A stretch of 64,000 nt of DNA from Macrostomum lignano (Eukaryota), in the NCBI GenBank assembly GCA_002269645.1, contig NIVC01001402.1, forward strand, positions 232,562-296,561, in the 5' to 3' direction. Of this stretch, positions 1-11,990 are shown piece by piece (position 1 is the first letter of the stretch; the number at the start of each line of letters is the position of its first letter). The position numbers and the translations under genes are program-made. Below the pieces are notes generated by a model. That model had not been told where the DNA came from. It saw only the letters and a list, made by a program, of their open reading frames with translations, and did not search any database.

Positions 1-95
1 GGCCTTGGGCTAGAGTCTAAAATAATATCCGTGAGCCTCAGCCTGCAGAAAGTGCGGGATTTGAGATTTTGCTGCTGGAGCAACGGGTGAGCCGT

Positions 96-702
96 GGGGC
101 AGCAGCAGCCAGCTGAAGCATCAGGGGAGGGGCAGCAGCAGCCAGCTGAAGCATCAGGGGAGGGGCAGCAGCAGCCAGCTGAAGCATCAGGGGTGGGGCA
201 GCAGCAGCCAGCTGAAGCATCAGGGGTGGGGCAACAGCAGCCAGCTGAAGCATCAGGGGTGGGGCAACAGCAGCCAGCTGAAGCATCAGGGGTGGGGCAG
301 CAGCAGCCAGCTGAAGCATCAGGGGTGGGGCAGCAGCAGCCAGCTGAAGCATCAGGGCTGGGGCAGCAGCAGCCAGCTGAAGCATCAGGGGTGGGGCAAC
401 AGCAGCCAGCTGAAGCATCAGGGGTGGGGCAACAGCAGCCAGCTGAAGCATCAGGGGTGGGGCAACAGCAGCCAGCTGAAGCATCAGGGCTGGGGCAGCA
501 GCAGCCAGCTGAAGCATCAGGGCTGGGGCAACAGCAGCCAGCTGAAGCATCAGGGGTGGGGCAGCAGCAGCCAGCTGAAGCATCAGGGCTGGGGCAGCAG
601 CAGCCAGCTGAAGCATCAGGGGTGGGGCAACAGCAGCCAGCTGAAGCATCAGGGGTGGGGCAACAGCAGCCAGCTGAAGCATCAGGGCTGGAGCAACAGC
701 AG
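96..702. repeat. 30-bp minisatellite (GGGCAGCAGCAGCCAGCTGAAGCATCAGGG, about 20 copies) in the intron before the last insulin-receptor exon
   Basis: Tandem unit is directly visible and ends about 40 nt before the acceptor at 739-740. It explains the GQQQPAEASG and LMLQLAAVAPP ORFs. Confidence 0.95.
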
Positions 703-740
703 GCTCCGCTGCAACATGTAGAGTTGCCACCCGCCCGCAG

Positions 741-1321
741 ACTTCGGTATGACGCGGGACGTGTACTACTCGGACTACTACAAGAAGGAGGGTCAGGCGC
801 CGCTGCCGGTCCGCTGGATGGCGCCGGAGTCGCTCCGGGACGGCGTCTTCACCACCGCCTCAGATGTTTGGTCCTACGGCGTGGTGCTGTGGGAGATCGC
901 CAGCCTGGCTTCCCAGCCGTTCAACGGGCGCAGCAACGAGGAGGTGCTGAACATGGTGAAGTCAGGCAAGACGCTGGAACCGCCAGAGGACTGCCCGGAG
1001 TTCCTGGCTGACCTCATGGCCCGCTGCTGGGCGCAGAAGCCGAAGCAGCGCTCATCATTTTCGGGCCTGCTGGCCTGCATCGATGAGCAGCCGGAGCTGC
1101 GGGCGGACTTCCGCCAGGCCAGCTGGTACCACAGCGGCCACGCCGGCGACTCCGCCGTCACCGTCTGCCTGCCCGACCGCAGCTCCGCCGCTTCCTCGTG
1201 TAGCTCGGCCGCCACGCTGCCGGCCTGCACGACCTCCGCTGCTCTGAAGCAGGTGGAGGAGCAAATCCCCATGCTGCACCAGCAGTCGGTGCCCAACGCC
1301 TACGTGCACCTGCGGGCCTGA
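741..1321 (+). CDS. InR: Terminal coding exon of an insulin/IGF receptor-family tyrosine kinase (upstream exons lie outside the window)
   Basis: Acceptor cgcag|AC TTC GGT ATG completes the DFG motif (phase 1). It is followed by [13 protein letters not shown] (YxxxYY activation loop), [32 protein letters not shown] and CW...PKQR, all hallmark insulin-receptor kinase motifs. Stop at 1319-1321. Confidence 0.93.
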
Positions 1322-2383
1322 GCAGTGTTTAACTATTTATTTTTGAGGTTGAGTTTCAAAGTTCGATTCGATGGTCAACAAGCGAAAATTTTATTCATTT
1401 TGTTTTTTTAGGCTTTTTGACGTGTTAATAAATTTAATCATAGACTGGCTTAACCCACTTACTGATCCTACATACCTACTGACTGTAGTATAGATTTTTA
1501 TACAAGCAGCTCTTTGAAAATATTTTCTGCATTCCATCTTTCCCAACACTGTCAGATGGCTTTGCTTGTGCTGCACAGCGATTTGATATTTGAACTTCTA
1601 TGCTGAACTGCCTCGCGACTTGTCCTGTCCTTGTGCCGTATGCAATGCATTGTTGTGCTATTTTTTATCTTGGATTCTGCATGCTCGTCTATTTTACTTG
1701 CAGTAGCTGAGAGTTTTTTATTTTTCTTTCCGAAGTCAATCTTGTAGCAGAAAAATTTATTGAGAGCTAACAATTACCTGATTGATTTGCGAGTTTTTAT
1801 TAATTCAGCTTTTCCCCAAGCCGTTTTGTCTCGCCTGCTTCTCCCTTCAACGATAAACTTTTTACCTCTATGCTTTTCGTGTGTTGTCTTTACTTGACTA
1901 CTTAAAGTAGCAGCGACATGCTGCGAATCTCACTTTTATCCGCATGCACCGGCCACTGCCGTTTTTACTGTCTGTTTGCAGAATATTTTTATCGTTTAAC
2001 CCGGCCCCAGTGCTGAGCTCGGCTGGCAACACTTGGATGTTGTGGTGCACAATGACAGTCACAATAAATAATTGACAGCAATGTTAAATTCTTCTGGTCA
2101 GCTTCGGTTTTTTCTGATTTAGAAGAAAAATTGCCTACAATTTGAACAGTGCGAGTTTATTTATCGGCAAATGCAAAAACTGCTTTTGAACACGCTTAAG
2201 CATAAATAAATTACTTATGGAAATTGGCGAATGAGTAAATTCACACTAACATTATCGATCGGCTTCGTGACCGATGCTTGATTCAAGTGAAAAAATTGCA
2301 ACCGTCAAATAACTGGAGGAACTATGTTCACACCAGCATAAAAAAGTGAGGCAAACTTTACGCATCACGAAACCCTGTATGGG

Positions 2384-4290
2384 TCAGAAGCGCCTTTCCC
2401 GCTTCTGGTTGAATGAGCAGCCGCTGCCGCCGCTGGCCCGCTTGACGCCCTGCGCTACCAGCTGCAGGATGCCGCCGTGGCTTGTCGGCTGCCACTGCAT
2501 CAGCTGCTGTGGCTGCTGCGGCGGCTGGCGTGGGGGCGGCGGCACAGCCTGCGGCACCTGCCGCCTGGCGAGGCTCACTTCGAGACCGTCGACACCATCA
2601 AGCTCGGCGACGGCGCGCAGCGCGTCCTCCCGCCGGCGGAAGCACACCAGGCCGAGGTCGTGAGTTCGAGTCACGCTGTCTAGTTGGCCGAACGAGGCGA
2701 CCCGACGGCGCAGTTCAGCTTCCGTCACGGAGGGCTTTAGGTTGCGGATGAGCAGCAGGCGGAGCTGGTTGAGCGTCTCTCGGTCCTCCTGGTGGGCAGG
2801 TACGCAAGAAGTGTGGATGGACACCTGCGGGCCTCCTTGCTCTGCCTTTGCTGATCTCCACAACTACTTTTTCTATTAAACCAGGCCATGGAGTTCAAAT
2901 CTTTTCTGCTCATCTATCCTATCTAGCCAGCTAGGTGGTACTAGAAAACTTGTCTACTGTCAATGTATTCTGCTGAACAGTCGCTTAGACCGGCCCTATT
3001 AAAGCCGGTCTTCGGGGTGGGAATGGTTCTGTTCTATCCAAACTGCAGTAGCTTCAAATCACCTCTTCAACGGCGTCCGCCCAGTCCACACAGATGTCGC
3101 CGGCGCCGCCGCTGCAGTCGGCAAAGACGCACCTGCCACGGTCCTTCACCAGCCGTTTTTTCGCCGCCGAGGCGTCGGCGTGGCTGGCGAATTCCAGGAA
3201 ACAGAAGCCGCGGTTGCTCGCTGGCGACTGCGATGAGGCCGAAGGCACGTTTGATGAGGCAGCAGCGGCTGCGGCGTAGCAGACAACTCCAGTGAGACCG
3301 TTAAGACCAGCGGACTTGAATGCTGACCTGGACAGGTGGTGTACAACTACACTGGATTAACGGTGAGACAGACAGACGGACAGACAGACACTAACAGACA
3401 AACCTGATCTGTTCAACACTCAGCCGCTTCGGTAGGTTTCCAACCAGCAGCCGGCAGTTTGGCGCCATCGGCTCCACTTGCAGCGGCCGAGAGTCACTGA
3501 AGTCGCAGATGCGTCGGCCATTGAGCAGCTCGGCGGCGCGGATGGCATCGGCGGGGCTGGCAAAGAGGGCGAAGGCAAAGCCTTTGTTAAGGCCGCTGGT
3601 GGGTTCTGTGGGGATTCGCAGGTCGAACAGCGGCCCGGCCTCCTCCAGCAGCGGCACGAGCGAGTCCTCAAAAGCGTCGGGCGGCAGGCGGCTGATGAAG
3701 ACCTCGCAACTTGGTGGCGGTGGCGGCTCGCGCTGACGGCCCGGCGGCGGCCCGTAGCGGCGCTGGCCTGCAGTGACCTCGTGGCTGAAGCCGGTGCGCT
3801 GCAGCAGCCGCTTCAGGGAGGCCTCGCTGGGGCCCTTGGAGGCGGACTGGGCCTGCGACGGTTAAGGTTTATGGTTGCTATGGAGACATCCTGTTCAGAC
3901 CCACATGCCCCATAGCGGTTCTGCTTAGACTCACATTCCCCATAGCGGACTCTGCTCAGACTCACATTCCCCATAGCGGACTCTCGCCACGCCTTGAGCG
4001 CGCAGTTCAACGCGACGGTCCGCGCCTCGCCAGGCCGCAGGTCGTCGGCCGACTCCTCGAATTCCTTCAGCGCGCTGACCAGCGCGGGCTCCGGGAAGTC
4101 GGTCTCACTGACAGCGGCAAAAGTCTCACCGTCCAGCTCCGCCCAGGTCAGACGACCGGCCCGTAGCAGCTCAGCGAGGTGCCCGGCTGCCACGACCCCG
4201 ACACCGCGCCCAGCCAACCGGGATTCGAAGTCGGCGGCTCCATCTTTGCCGCTTTTGTCCTCGGAGCTGCCCGACTGGCGGTGCGGCCGG
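2384..4290 (-). CDS. SYNCRIP: Divergent hnRNP Q/R (Syncrip) family RNA-binding protein: N-terminal acidic/NURR domain plus 3 RRMs. Exons about 4290..3966, 3852..3404, 3327..3063, 2824..2384; start codon not resolved
   Basis: Spliced translation gives ELDGETF..LKEF..LNCALKAWR (NURR-like), KGPSEASLKRLLQRTGFSHEVTAGQRRYGPP, CEVFISRLPPDAFEDSLVPLLEEAGPLFDLR..GLNKGFAF (RRM1), CRLLVGNLPK..NRGFCFLEF (RRM2) and LLIRNL..VTE (RRM3). All junctions are GT/AG and phase-compatible. Confidence 0.88.
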
Positions 4291-4362
4291 ATTATTCAGC
4301 ATAACAGTTCGATGCGCACAAATTAACGCATAGAATTCTACTTGTGGCTATTCTGTTCTATT

Positions 4363-5765
4363 CACATGGGGTCACTGACTCATACATCCCATTGGGGTCA
4401 CTGACTCATACATCACATGGGGTCACTGACTCGTACACCCCATTGGGGTCACTGACTCGTACATCCCATTGGGGTCACTGACTCATACATCCCATTGGGG
4501 TCACTGACTCATACATCCCATTGGGGTCATTGACTCATACATCACATGGGGTCACTGACTCATACATCACATGGGGTCACTGACTCGTACATCCCATTGG
4601 GGTCACTGACTCATACATCACATGGGGTCACTGACTCGTACATCCCATTGGGGTCACTGACTCATACATCACATGGGGTCACTGACTCGTACATCCCATT
4701 GGGGTCACTGACTCATACATCACATGGTGTCACTGACTCATACATCCCATTGGGGTCACTGAATCAAACACATCACACTGGGGTCACTGACTCAAACACA
4801 TCACAATGGGGTCACTGACTCAAACACATCCCAATGGGGTCACTTACTCAAATACATCACACTGGGGTCACTGACTAAAACACATCCCAATGGGGTCACT
4901 TACTCAAATACATCACAATGGGGTCACTGACTAAAACACATCACAATGGGGTCACTTACTCAAATACATCACAATGGGGTCACTGACTAAAACACATCAC
5001 AATGGGGTCACTGACTCAGATACATCACATGGGGTCACTGACTCAAATACATCACAATGGGGTCACTGACTCAGATACATCACATGGGGTCACTGACTCA
5101 AATGCATCACATGGGGTCACTGACTCAAATACATCACAATGGGGTCACTGACTCAAACACATCCCAATGGGGTCACTTACTCAAATACATCACAATGGGG
5201 TCACTGACTAAAACACATCCCAATGGGGTCACTTACTCAAATACATCACAATGGGGTCACTGACTAAAACACATCCCAATGGGGTCACTTACTCAAATAC
5301 ATCACAATGGGGTCACTGACTAAAACACATCACAATGGGGTCACTTACTCAAATACATCACAATGGGGTCACTGACTAAAACACATCACAATGGGGTCAC
5401 TGACTCAGATACATCACATGGGGTCACTGACTCAAATACATCACAATGGGGTCACTGACTCAGATACATCACATGGGGTCACTGACTCAAATGCATCACA
5501 TGGGGTCACTGACTCAAATACATCACAATGGGGTCACTGACTCAAACACATCCCAATGGGGTCACTTACTCAAATACATCACAATGGGGTCACTGACTAA
5601 AACACATCCCAATGGGGTCACTTACTCAAATACATCACAATGGGGTCACTGACTAAAACACATCACAATGGGGTCACTTACTCAAATACATCACAATGGG
5701 GTCATTGACTAAAACACATCACAATAGGGTCACTTACTCAAATACATCACACCGGGTTCTATCAC
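4363..5765. repeat. 24-26-bp minisatellite (CACAATGGGGTCACTGACTCAAATACAT variants, about 55 copies)
   Basis: Directly visible tandem array immediately 5' of the minus-strand Syncrip-like gene. It contains a longer internal duplication (the identical ORFs at 5057 and 5446). Confidence 0.95.
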
Positions 5766-6339
5766 TACTCAAAATAATTTAAATTTTCAGCCGAATCTTA
5801 AGCGACAAAATAAATAAAGAGCTACACTCATGCTACTGAAAGTAGCAGCAAGTTGCGACTATGAATTCCGAATATTTTGTTAAGAGAGTCAGAGAGAACA
5901 GCTTGGACAAATTTAGCCGAACTGGCAAACTCCAGAGTAAATGGTGCATTTAATCAGGCCAGCTTCAATGCAAGCTGCATTGTACATTGCAATACTTAGA
6001 TGCTACTACAAGTAGAGCGGGGGAGGGAGGTCAGGACCAACTCCAAGACAGAATGCCCTGCAGAGGAAACTGGAAGTCACTGGCTCATTGCGCAGATCGG
6101 CAGCAAAACGAGGCAAGCAGAGATTCGGGGCCAGAAACGAGGAATAGAATGAAAGCATGCAGTAAAAGCAGACTTTGAATGCACTGACTCGTGCAGCTTC
6201 AGCCAAATGCTTTTTAGACTTCAGGCTTACGCCTATAAGAAAATATAGCAATGCCTGCGTGAATTGCGAGCCATAGGAACTAAGTACCGATAAGCTATAA
6301 AGTAAATCAAGCAACCCCGCCTCATCAATCCATCAACCC

Positions 6340-7205
6340 AGCATAAGTCTGTCATCAGCCCAGACCAAGCTTAATTACTCGTAATCTGTCAGACCCAGTC
6401 TCATTAATCTGTCAGACCCAGCTTCATAATCTGTCAGATCCAGTCTCATAAATATGTTAGACCCAGCCTCGTCTCATATCTGTCAGACCCAGCCTCATAA
6501 ATATGTCAGACCCAGCCTCATCAATCTGTCAGACCCAGCCTCATCAATCTGTCAGACCCAGCCTCATAAATATGTCAGACCCAGTCTCATCAATCTTTCA
6601 GACCCAGCCTCATCAATCTGTCAGACCCAGCCTCATAAATATGTCAGACCCAGCCTCATCAATCTGTCAGACCCAGCCTCATAAATATGTCAGACCCAGC
6701 CTCATCAATCTGTCAGATCCAGCCTCATCAATCTGTCAGATCCAGCCTCATCAATCTCAGACCCAGTCTCATCAATCTGTCAGACCCAGCCTCATCAATC
6801 TGTCAGATCCAGCCTCATCAATCTGTCAGACCCAGCCTCATAAATATGTCAGACCCAGCCTCATCAATCTGTCAGACCCAGCCTCATCAATCTGTCAGAC
6901 CCAGCCTCATCAATCTGTCAGATCCAGCCTCATCAATCTCAGACCCAGTCTCATCAATCTGTCAGACCCAGCCTCATCAATCTCAGACCCAGTCTCATCA
7001 ATCTGTCAGACCCAGCCTCATCAATCTGTCAGACCCAGCCTCATCAATCTGTCAGATCCAGCCTCATCAATCTGTCAGACCCAGCCTCATAAATATGTCA
7101 GACCCAGCCTCATAAATATGTCAGACCCAGCCTCATCAATCTGTCAGATCCAGCCTCATCAATCTGTCAGACCCAGCCTCATCAATCTGTCAGACCCAGC
7201 CTCAT
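6340..7205. repeat. About 23-bp minisatellite (CTGTCAGACCCAGCCTCATCAAT)
   Basis: Directly visible; begins about 30 nt beyond the GID8 stop codon. Confidence 0.95.
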
Positions 7206-7236
7206 CGATTTGTCGATAATTCGATCCCGCAGGCGC

Positions 7237-8131
7237 TCAGACCAAGCTGCCCCCGCCAGACGATGGAGCGCCGTCAAATCCAGCGCCCGCCAAGTCGGTG
7301 AGGCGCGGGAATCGAACTCCGGCCGACGCCAGGCGGTCCTGTGACCACAGCAGCAGACGGAGCAGGTAGTCGAGCCGGCAACGCGCCGCAGCGTCTCTGC
7401 CATCCCCATCGGCCTCTGCATCGGCCTCGGCGTCGCGTCCGGCGATGGCCGCGTCCAGCAGGCCGGCCAGTTGCCGCCGCTGCCCCTGTCCGAGCCAGTG
7501 GCCAAACGCTGCAGACTCGGCCGGCCGCTCAAAGGCCAATAGTGCCATGGCCTCCTCCAGATCGGACAGCCGCTCCGGTCGCGCTTCTGCCAGCGGCGCC
7601 AGGCGCTGCTGCGCCAAATCCAGCGCCTCAGAGGGCCGGCCAACCCTCACCAGCTCCAGCAACTGCTGCAACCGCAGGCGGAACTCCAGCCCAGGCCGGG
7701 AAGCCAGCAGGCCCGGCCTCGCCAATTCCAGCAGCTCCACCGCCTCGTCAATGCGGCCCGACTGGAAGAGGGGCGAAAAAATTAGAAAATGACTGTTAAT
7801 GTACTGCTGGGCAGAATGCTCAATGAGAGCGAGAAATGTGCTCGCTAAACAGCAGCGGGTGTCAGTGACAATGGACGGTGGGAGCCACAGAGCCAGCGAT
7901 CACCTGCACAGCCTCCCGTATCCGGCAGCGCAGTTCAGCATGGGGAACAGCCGCAGTCTCGGGAGTCGGCAGGCCGCGGGCTTCGCGCTGAAACGCCTCG
8001 GCAGCCTCCAGGTGGCCCTGGTGCCGCAGGTAGTCCAGTAGCAGGCGGTTCAAGTCCTGCTCAGGGGCGAGTTGGCGCTCAGGCAGAGAGGCCAGCCACT
8101 GGTCCGGCCGGCAGTCCCTGCCCGAGGCCAT
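7237..8131 (-). CDS. GID8: GID8/TWA1 (LisH-CTLH-CRA subunit of the CTLH/GID E3 ligase), 250 aa; exons 8131..7904 and 7761..7237
   Basis: DLNRLLLDYLRHQGHLEAAEAF (LisH), RIREAVQ|SGRIDEA..LEFRLRLQQLLEL (CTLH), LEEAMALLAFERP..FG..QRRQLAG..LLRLLLWSQDRL..FPRLTDL (CRA) are colinear with GID8. Phase-0 intron CAG|GTGATC...ccag|TCG. Confidence 0.9.
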
Positions 8132-8351
8132 GGAGGAGGCCGCAGGGGCCAGAGGAGTTGCGGCCGATGACGGAGCTGTTGACTCGGCCGGAGCCAAGTG
8201 TCGAATGCCCAGGCGAATTCGCTGCAGGTGAGAATGCGATCTGGGGTATGGATGTTGCCTCCAAGACTTTGCCACAGCAACTCCGGACTCAGAGGAACAC
8301 TAAGTAGGTAGCACAACTATCCAGCAACTTTATAGCTTAGACATGAATCCA

Positions 8352-8464
8352 GACTCAAATTCACACTGCCAGCAAACGAGCCATAAAATGCAACTGGTGT
8401 ACAATACGATGAAATCCACAACTGATCAAAATGGGCTTCATTTGATGGCAGTGTGAACGAGCCT
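8352..8464. mobile_element. Possible tiny MITE remnant
   Basis: Imperfect inverted repeats TTCACACTGCCAGCAAACGAGCC ... GGCTTCATTTGATGGCAGTGTGAA; no clear TSD. Confidence 0.4.
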
Positions 8465-9339
8465 TTAAGAAACTTTTTGGACTTCCTGGTCTAGGATAGG
8501 CCTGTTGCTTTTAGTTTACCTGGATTGTGTGCTAATTATGGCTCAAAGAAATTGAGAGAAGAATTAAAACATTCTCAACTAAAAAACACTAAGACTAGTT
8601 ATACAAGCATATAATACACACTTGTAATTGAATGAGAGGAGGCCTGTGGGGTCATGCCTCTCCCAATATTTTTTGGTAGTAGCTCGTACATGTCAATTTT
8701 TAAGGAAGTCTAGTATTTTTATTATAATGCAGATGGGACATTTCAATGTTTGCCTTATTTTGCCAAACCTGCTGACCCACTACTTTTTGAAGCATTCTTG
8801 TACAATTGTACAATATTTGGCTATTAAAAATAAAAAAGAGATAATTAGCTCTTTTGCTCATTGCTAATGAATTTATTGCATCTCTTAGGTTATGATAATA
8901 GGAATTAAAAATCCTGAACTTATTATATTATGACATAAAAATGATTGTTTCATAAAAAGGGTTCCTTAATTACAAATATAAATTAAATATATTATATCAA
9001 AAATAAAATACATTCTAAAATTTATTGATGCTGATATTGATTTTTTCATATTATGCCATAGCAACCACACTGCCTTCAATAAAAATTGAATAGGCCTATA
9101 TATAGCCAAGATATAAGAATCCTAATGATATAATCTACAAGACAAATGCAAGATATAATTATTTTTATATTAAAAATATGTACATTTAAATTAATAAATT
9201 CTTTTATTTAGCTAAAACAATGTCAAAAGCAATAAAAAAGAATTAGAAATTAAAACCAAGTTTTAAGTAAACTTATTATATAAATACCTAAGGTAATAAT
9301 CTAAAACATAGTATCAAGTCAATAATATATTTAAACAAG

Positions 9340-9996
9340 CTGTTGAAACCCGCGGATTTTGAACCCGGGGAATTCTAATACCCGGAACTACTTTTGCATG
9401 TATTCTGAAATCTAAGGCCATACACAAACAAAAACTTGTTAATAGTTAGTAGGATAGAGGTAGACATAAAATGGAGCACATTCGTTTAAAATTAGGGTTT
9501 GAGACATTGTTGGCTGGGGTACTGCGCAGAATGTCAGGCAATGTCTGTCTGACTCTAAAACATATATTGCTAAACTCTGGTCTCTCCCTGTCTCTCCCTA
9601 CGTCCCTTGGATCCTTTAAAATTTCTATCGTCTCTTTGTTTCCTCTCATCTCTCTCGTCCCTCGTCTCTCCTCTCTCGTCTCTCCTCTCTCCCCTCTTCT
9701 TTCGTATCTTCCCTCATCTCTCTTCTCTTTCATTTCTCTTATCTCATCTCTTGTCTCTTCTTTTCTCTCTCTTCTCTACTTTTTCGTTTTCTCTCTTCTC
9801 TCTCCCCCTCTCCTCTCTCCTCTCACCCCCTCTTCTCTCTTATCTTCCTTCTCCTTTCTATTTCTTTTCTCTCTTCTCTTAACTCTCTCATCTCTCCCCT
9901 CTTCTCTCGTCTCTTCCCGCACCTCTTTTCTCTCTCGTCTTTGCTCTCTCATCTTTCCTTTCTCTTCTTTTTATCTTTTCTCTCTTATCTCTTCTC

Positions 9997-10065
<69 letters not shown>

Positions 10066-10079
10066 GTCTTTCTCTCTTA

Positions 10080-10114
<35 letters not shown>

Positions 10115-11660
10115 TATCTCTCCTCCTCTCTCTACTCTCTCCCCTCTCCATTCTCCTCTTTCCTCTCCTCTGTTCTCTCTACTCTCCCATCTTTTATCTG
10201 TTCACTCTCGTCTCTGCTCTCTCATCCCCCTCTTTAATCTGGCATCTCTGTCTTATTCTGTCTTATATGTTCTCTCACCTCTCTCCTCTGTACTCTTTTC
10301 TTTCCCCTCTTTTGACTCCTTACTTTCCTTTCTCCTTTCTTCTTTTCTCTTCTCTTCCCTTTTCTATACTCTGTCTCCCTCTCTTCTCTCACTCCACTCT
10401 CCTCTCTCCGTTATCTCTCATCTCTCATTTCTTATCTCTCCTTCAACCTCTCTCATCTCTACAACCTTAGAGATGTAGAGATGTATCTTTATCTCTTCTC
10501 TCTTCCCTTTACTCTCTCATCTCTTCTTTCACCTGTTTCCTCTCTGCTCTCCTCTCTGCTCTCTGCTCTCTCCTCTCATCTGCAGCTCTCTGCTCTCTCA
10601 TCTCTACTCTCTCCTCTCGCTTTTCCTCTCTCCCCTCTTCTCCCCCTCTCTCTCATCGTCCTCACCCCCTCATCTCTCCTATTATCTTTTATCTTTTCTT
10701 TTATCCCCTCTGTCGCCTCTCCTCTCTTCGAATCGTCTATTCCTTCTTCTTTCCACTTTCATCTGCCCCTCAGCTATGAGCTGGATTCTTTATCTGGCCT
10801 TTGAGGTAAAAGTCTGCCCATCCCTGCTTGGAAAGCCAGTTTGTGGGACGTAGTACTCTCATGGTTGTTCTCATGCTTTGATCACGTCATCTTTCTTGCC
10901 AATTTGCAGCCCTGAAAGGAATTTTTGTATCTTCAGCTCCACTGCAGTCTGCATCAGTCTAACAACCAAGGAAATACGCATTTCTTAGGAGGCCATTTAA
11001 TATTTACACAGTACCTTTAAAAGAAACCTAAAATTTCCATGGTGTGCCCAATTTAGTAGGGTTGTATTGCATTGCATCGCATCGCCTTTTCATAAATCTT
11101 TCGCTTTTACAAACCATGCTGGATAGTGGATTCCCTCGATTTGCCAATTGCCAATTGCCATCCACTGTTAAACTGCTGCAGACTTGTGTCTATACAGAGG
11201 ACAGTGGTTTGAATCTCTCGCTAAACTGTCTCTCCTCTCTACGCCTCTCCACTCGCGGGGTGCAGAGAAGGCTATAAATAAAGTTATTCCAAAACACTGT
11301 ACATTTGCTATGTACATTCAGTCCTATCGCCTGACTCTTCGTCTGGCTCTGGGGGAATGAGTGAGTGACACAAACAACAGAAAAAGCAGACAAACTTCAC
11401 ATGCTTACAGTTTCTTTTTCGGTTGAGTTACAGAGTTGAAACTTTACATTTAGATAGAGAATGAGTCAATGAAGAACTGTGTCAAGTTTGAAGTCAATCG
11501 CTTTACGTGGAGCAAACTTATGGCAGCTGAAAGTTAGTCAATTTTGAAACCCTTTTACACATCTGGGCCCAGATCGGGAAAGAGAGGCAGGCGGGCGGAG
11601 GTTGGGGTGGTTGCTACGCTGAAAAAAACAGCCTAACTTTAAAAGTGCACAGCACCGCTC
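9340..11660. mobile_element. Old interspersed-repeat copy 1, interrupted by a CT-rich tract; homologous to 21600..23260
   Basis: Colinear shared blocks such as ccgcggattttga, aacaaaaacttgttaa, ccaatttgcagccctga, gggggaatgagtga, gaaaaagcagacaaacttcacatgc and tttacgtggagcaaa occur in both copies. Confidence 0.7.
9570..10790. repeat. Degenerate (CT)n / polypyrimidine tract, about 1.2 kb
   Basis: Directly visible; explains the Ser/Leu-rich ORFs. Confidence 0.95.
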
Positions 11661-11990
11661 AGGATTAACTTTGAGATTTGAAATTTTACACGATTGTGTC
11701 AAAATAGTTGAAAATTGCCTGTGTCAAATTTAAAGAGAATCGGTAGAAGTGGAGCGGCGCTATGGAGGATTTAGTGAAAAAAATGCGCATTTTGAGCAGT
11801 TTTTTGCACTTTTAGGTAGGAAGAATCAAATTTAGGAAATTAAAAGGTAGCCTAAGACATTCTCCGTAGTAAGTTTAGGGTGGGTGTAAAGTTTGGTGTA
11901 ATTTGGTTGAGCGGTTTGGGAGTCCATAGCGATCAAAAATGTCCACACACAGACAGACAGAGTTTTGATTTTTATAGGTAGAGATATACT
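11660..11990 (+). mobile_element. Possible non-autonomous Helentron/DINE-like element end
   Basis: Ends with aaagtttggtgtaatttggttgagcggtttgg...acacacagacagacagagttttgatttttataggtagagat, resembling the microsatellite-plus-TAGAT termini of such elements. This is a resemblance only. Confidence 0.35.

Noticed and set aside
94-1011. 305-aa GQQQPAEASG-repeat ORF as an insertion in the insulin receptor
   Set aside because: It is in a different frame from the kinase, and the kinase exon has its own canonical acceptor at 740. The ORF is a by-product of a 30-bp intronic repeat.
9471-10804. Ser/Leu-rich 335-aa ORF as a membrane protein
   Set aside because: It is a translation of a CT-rich low-complexity tract.
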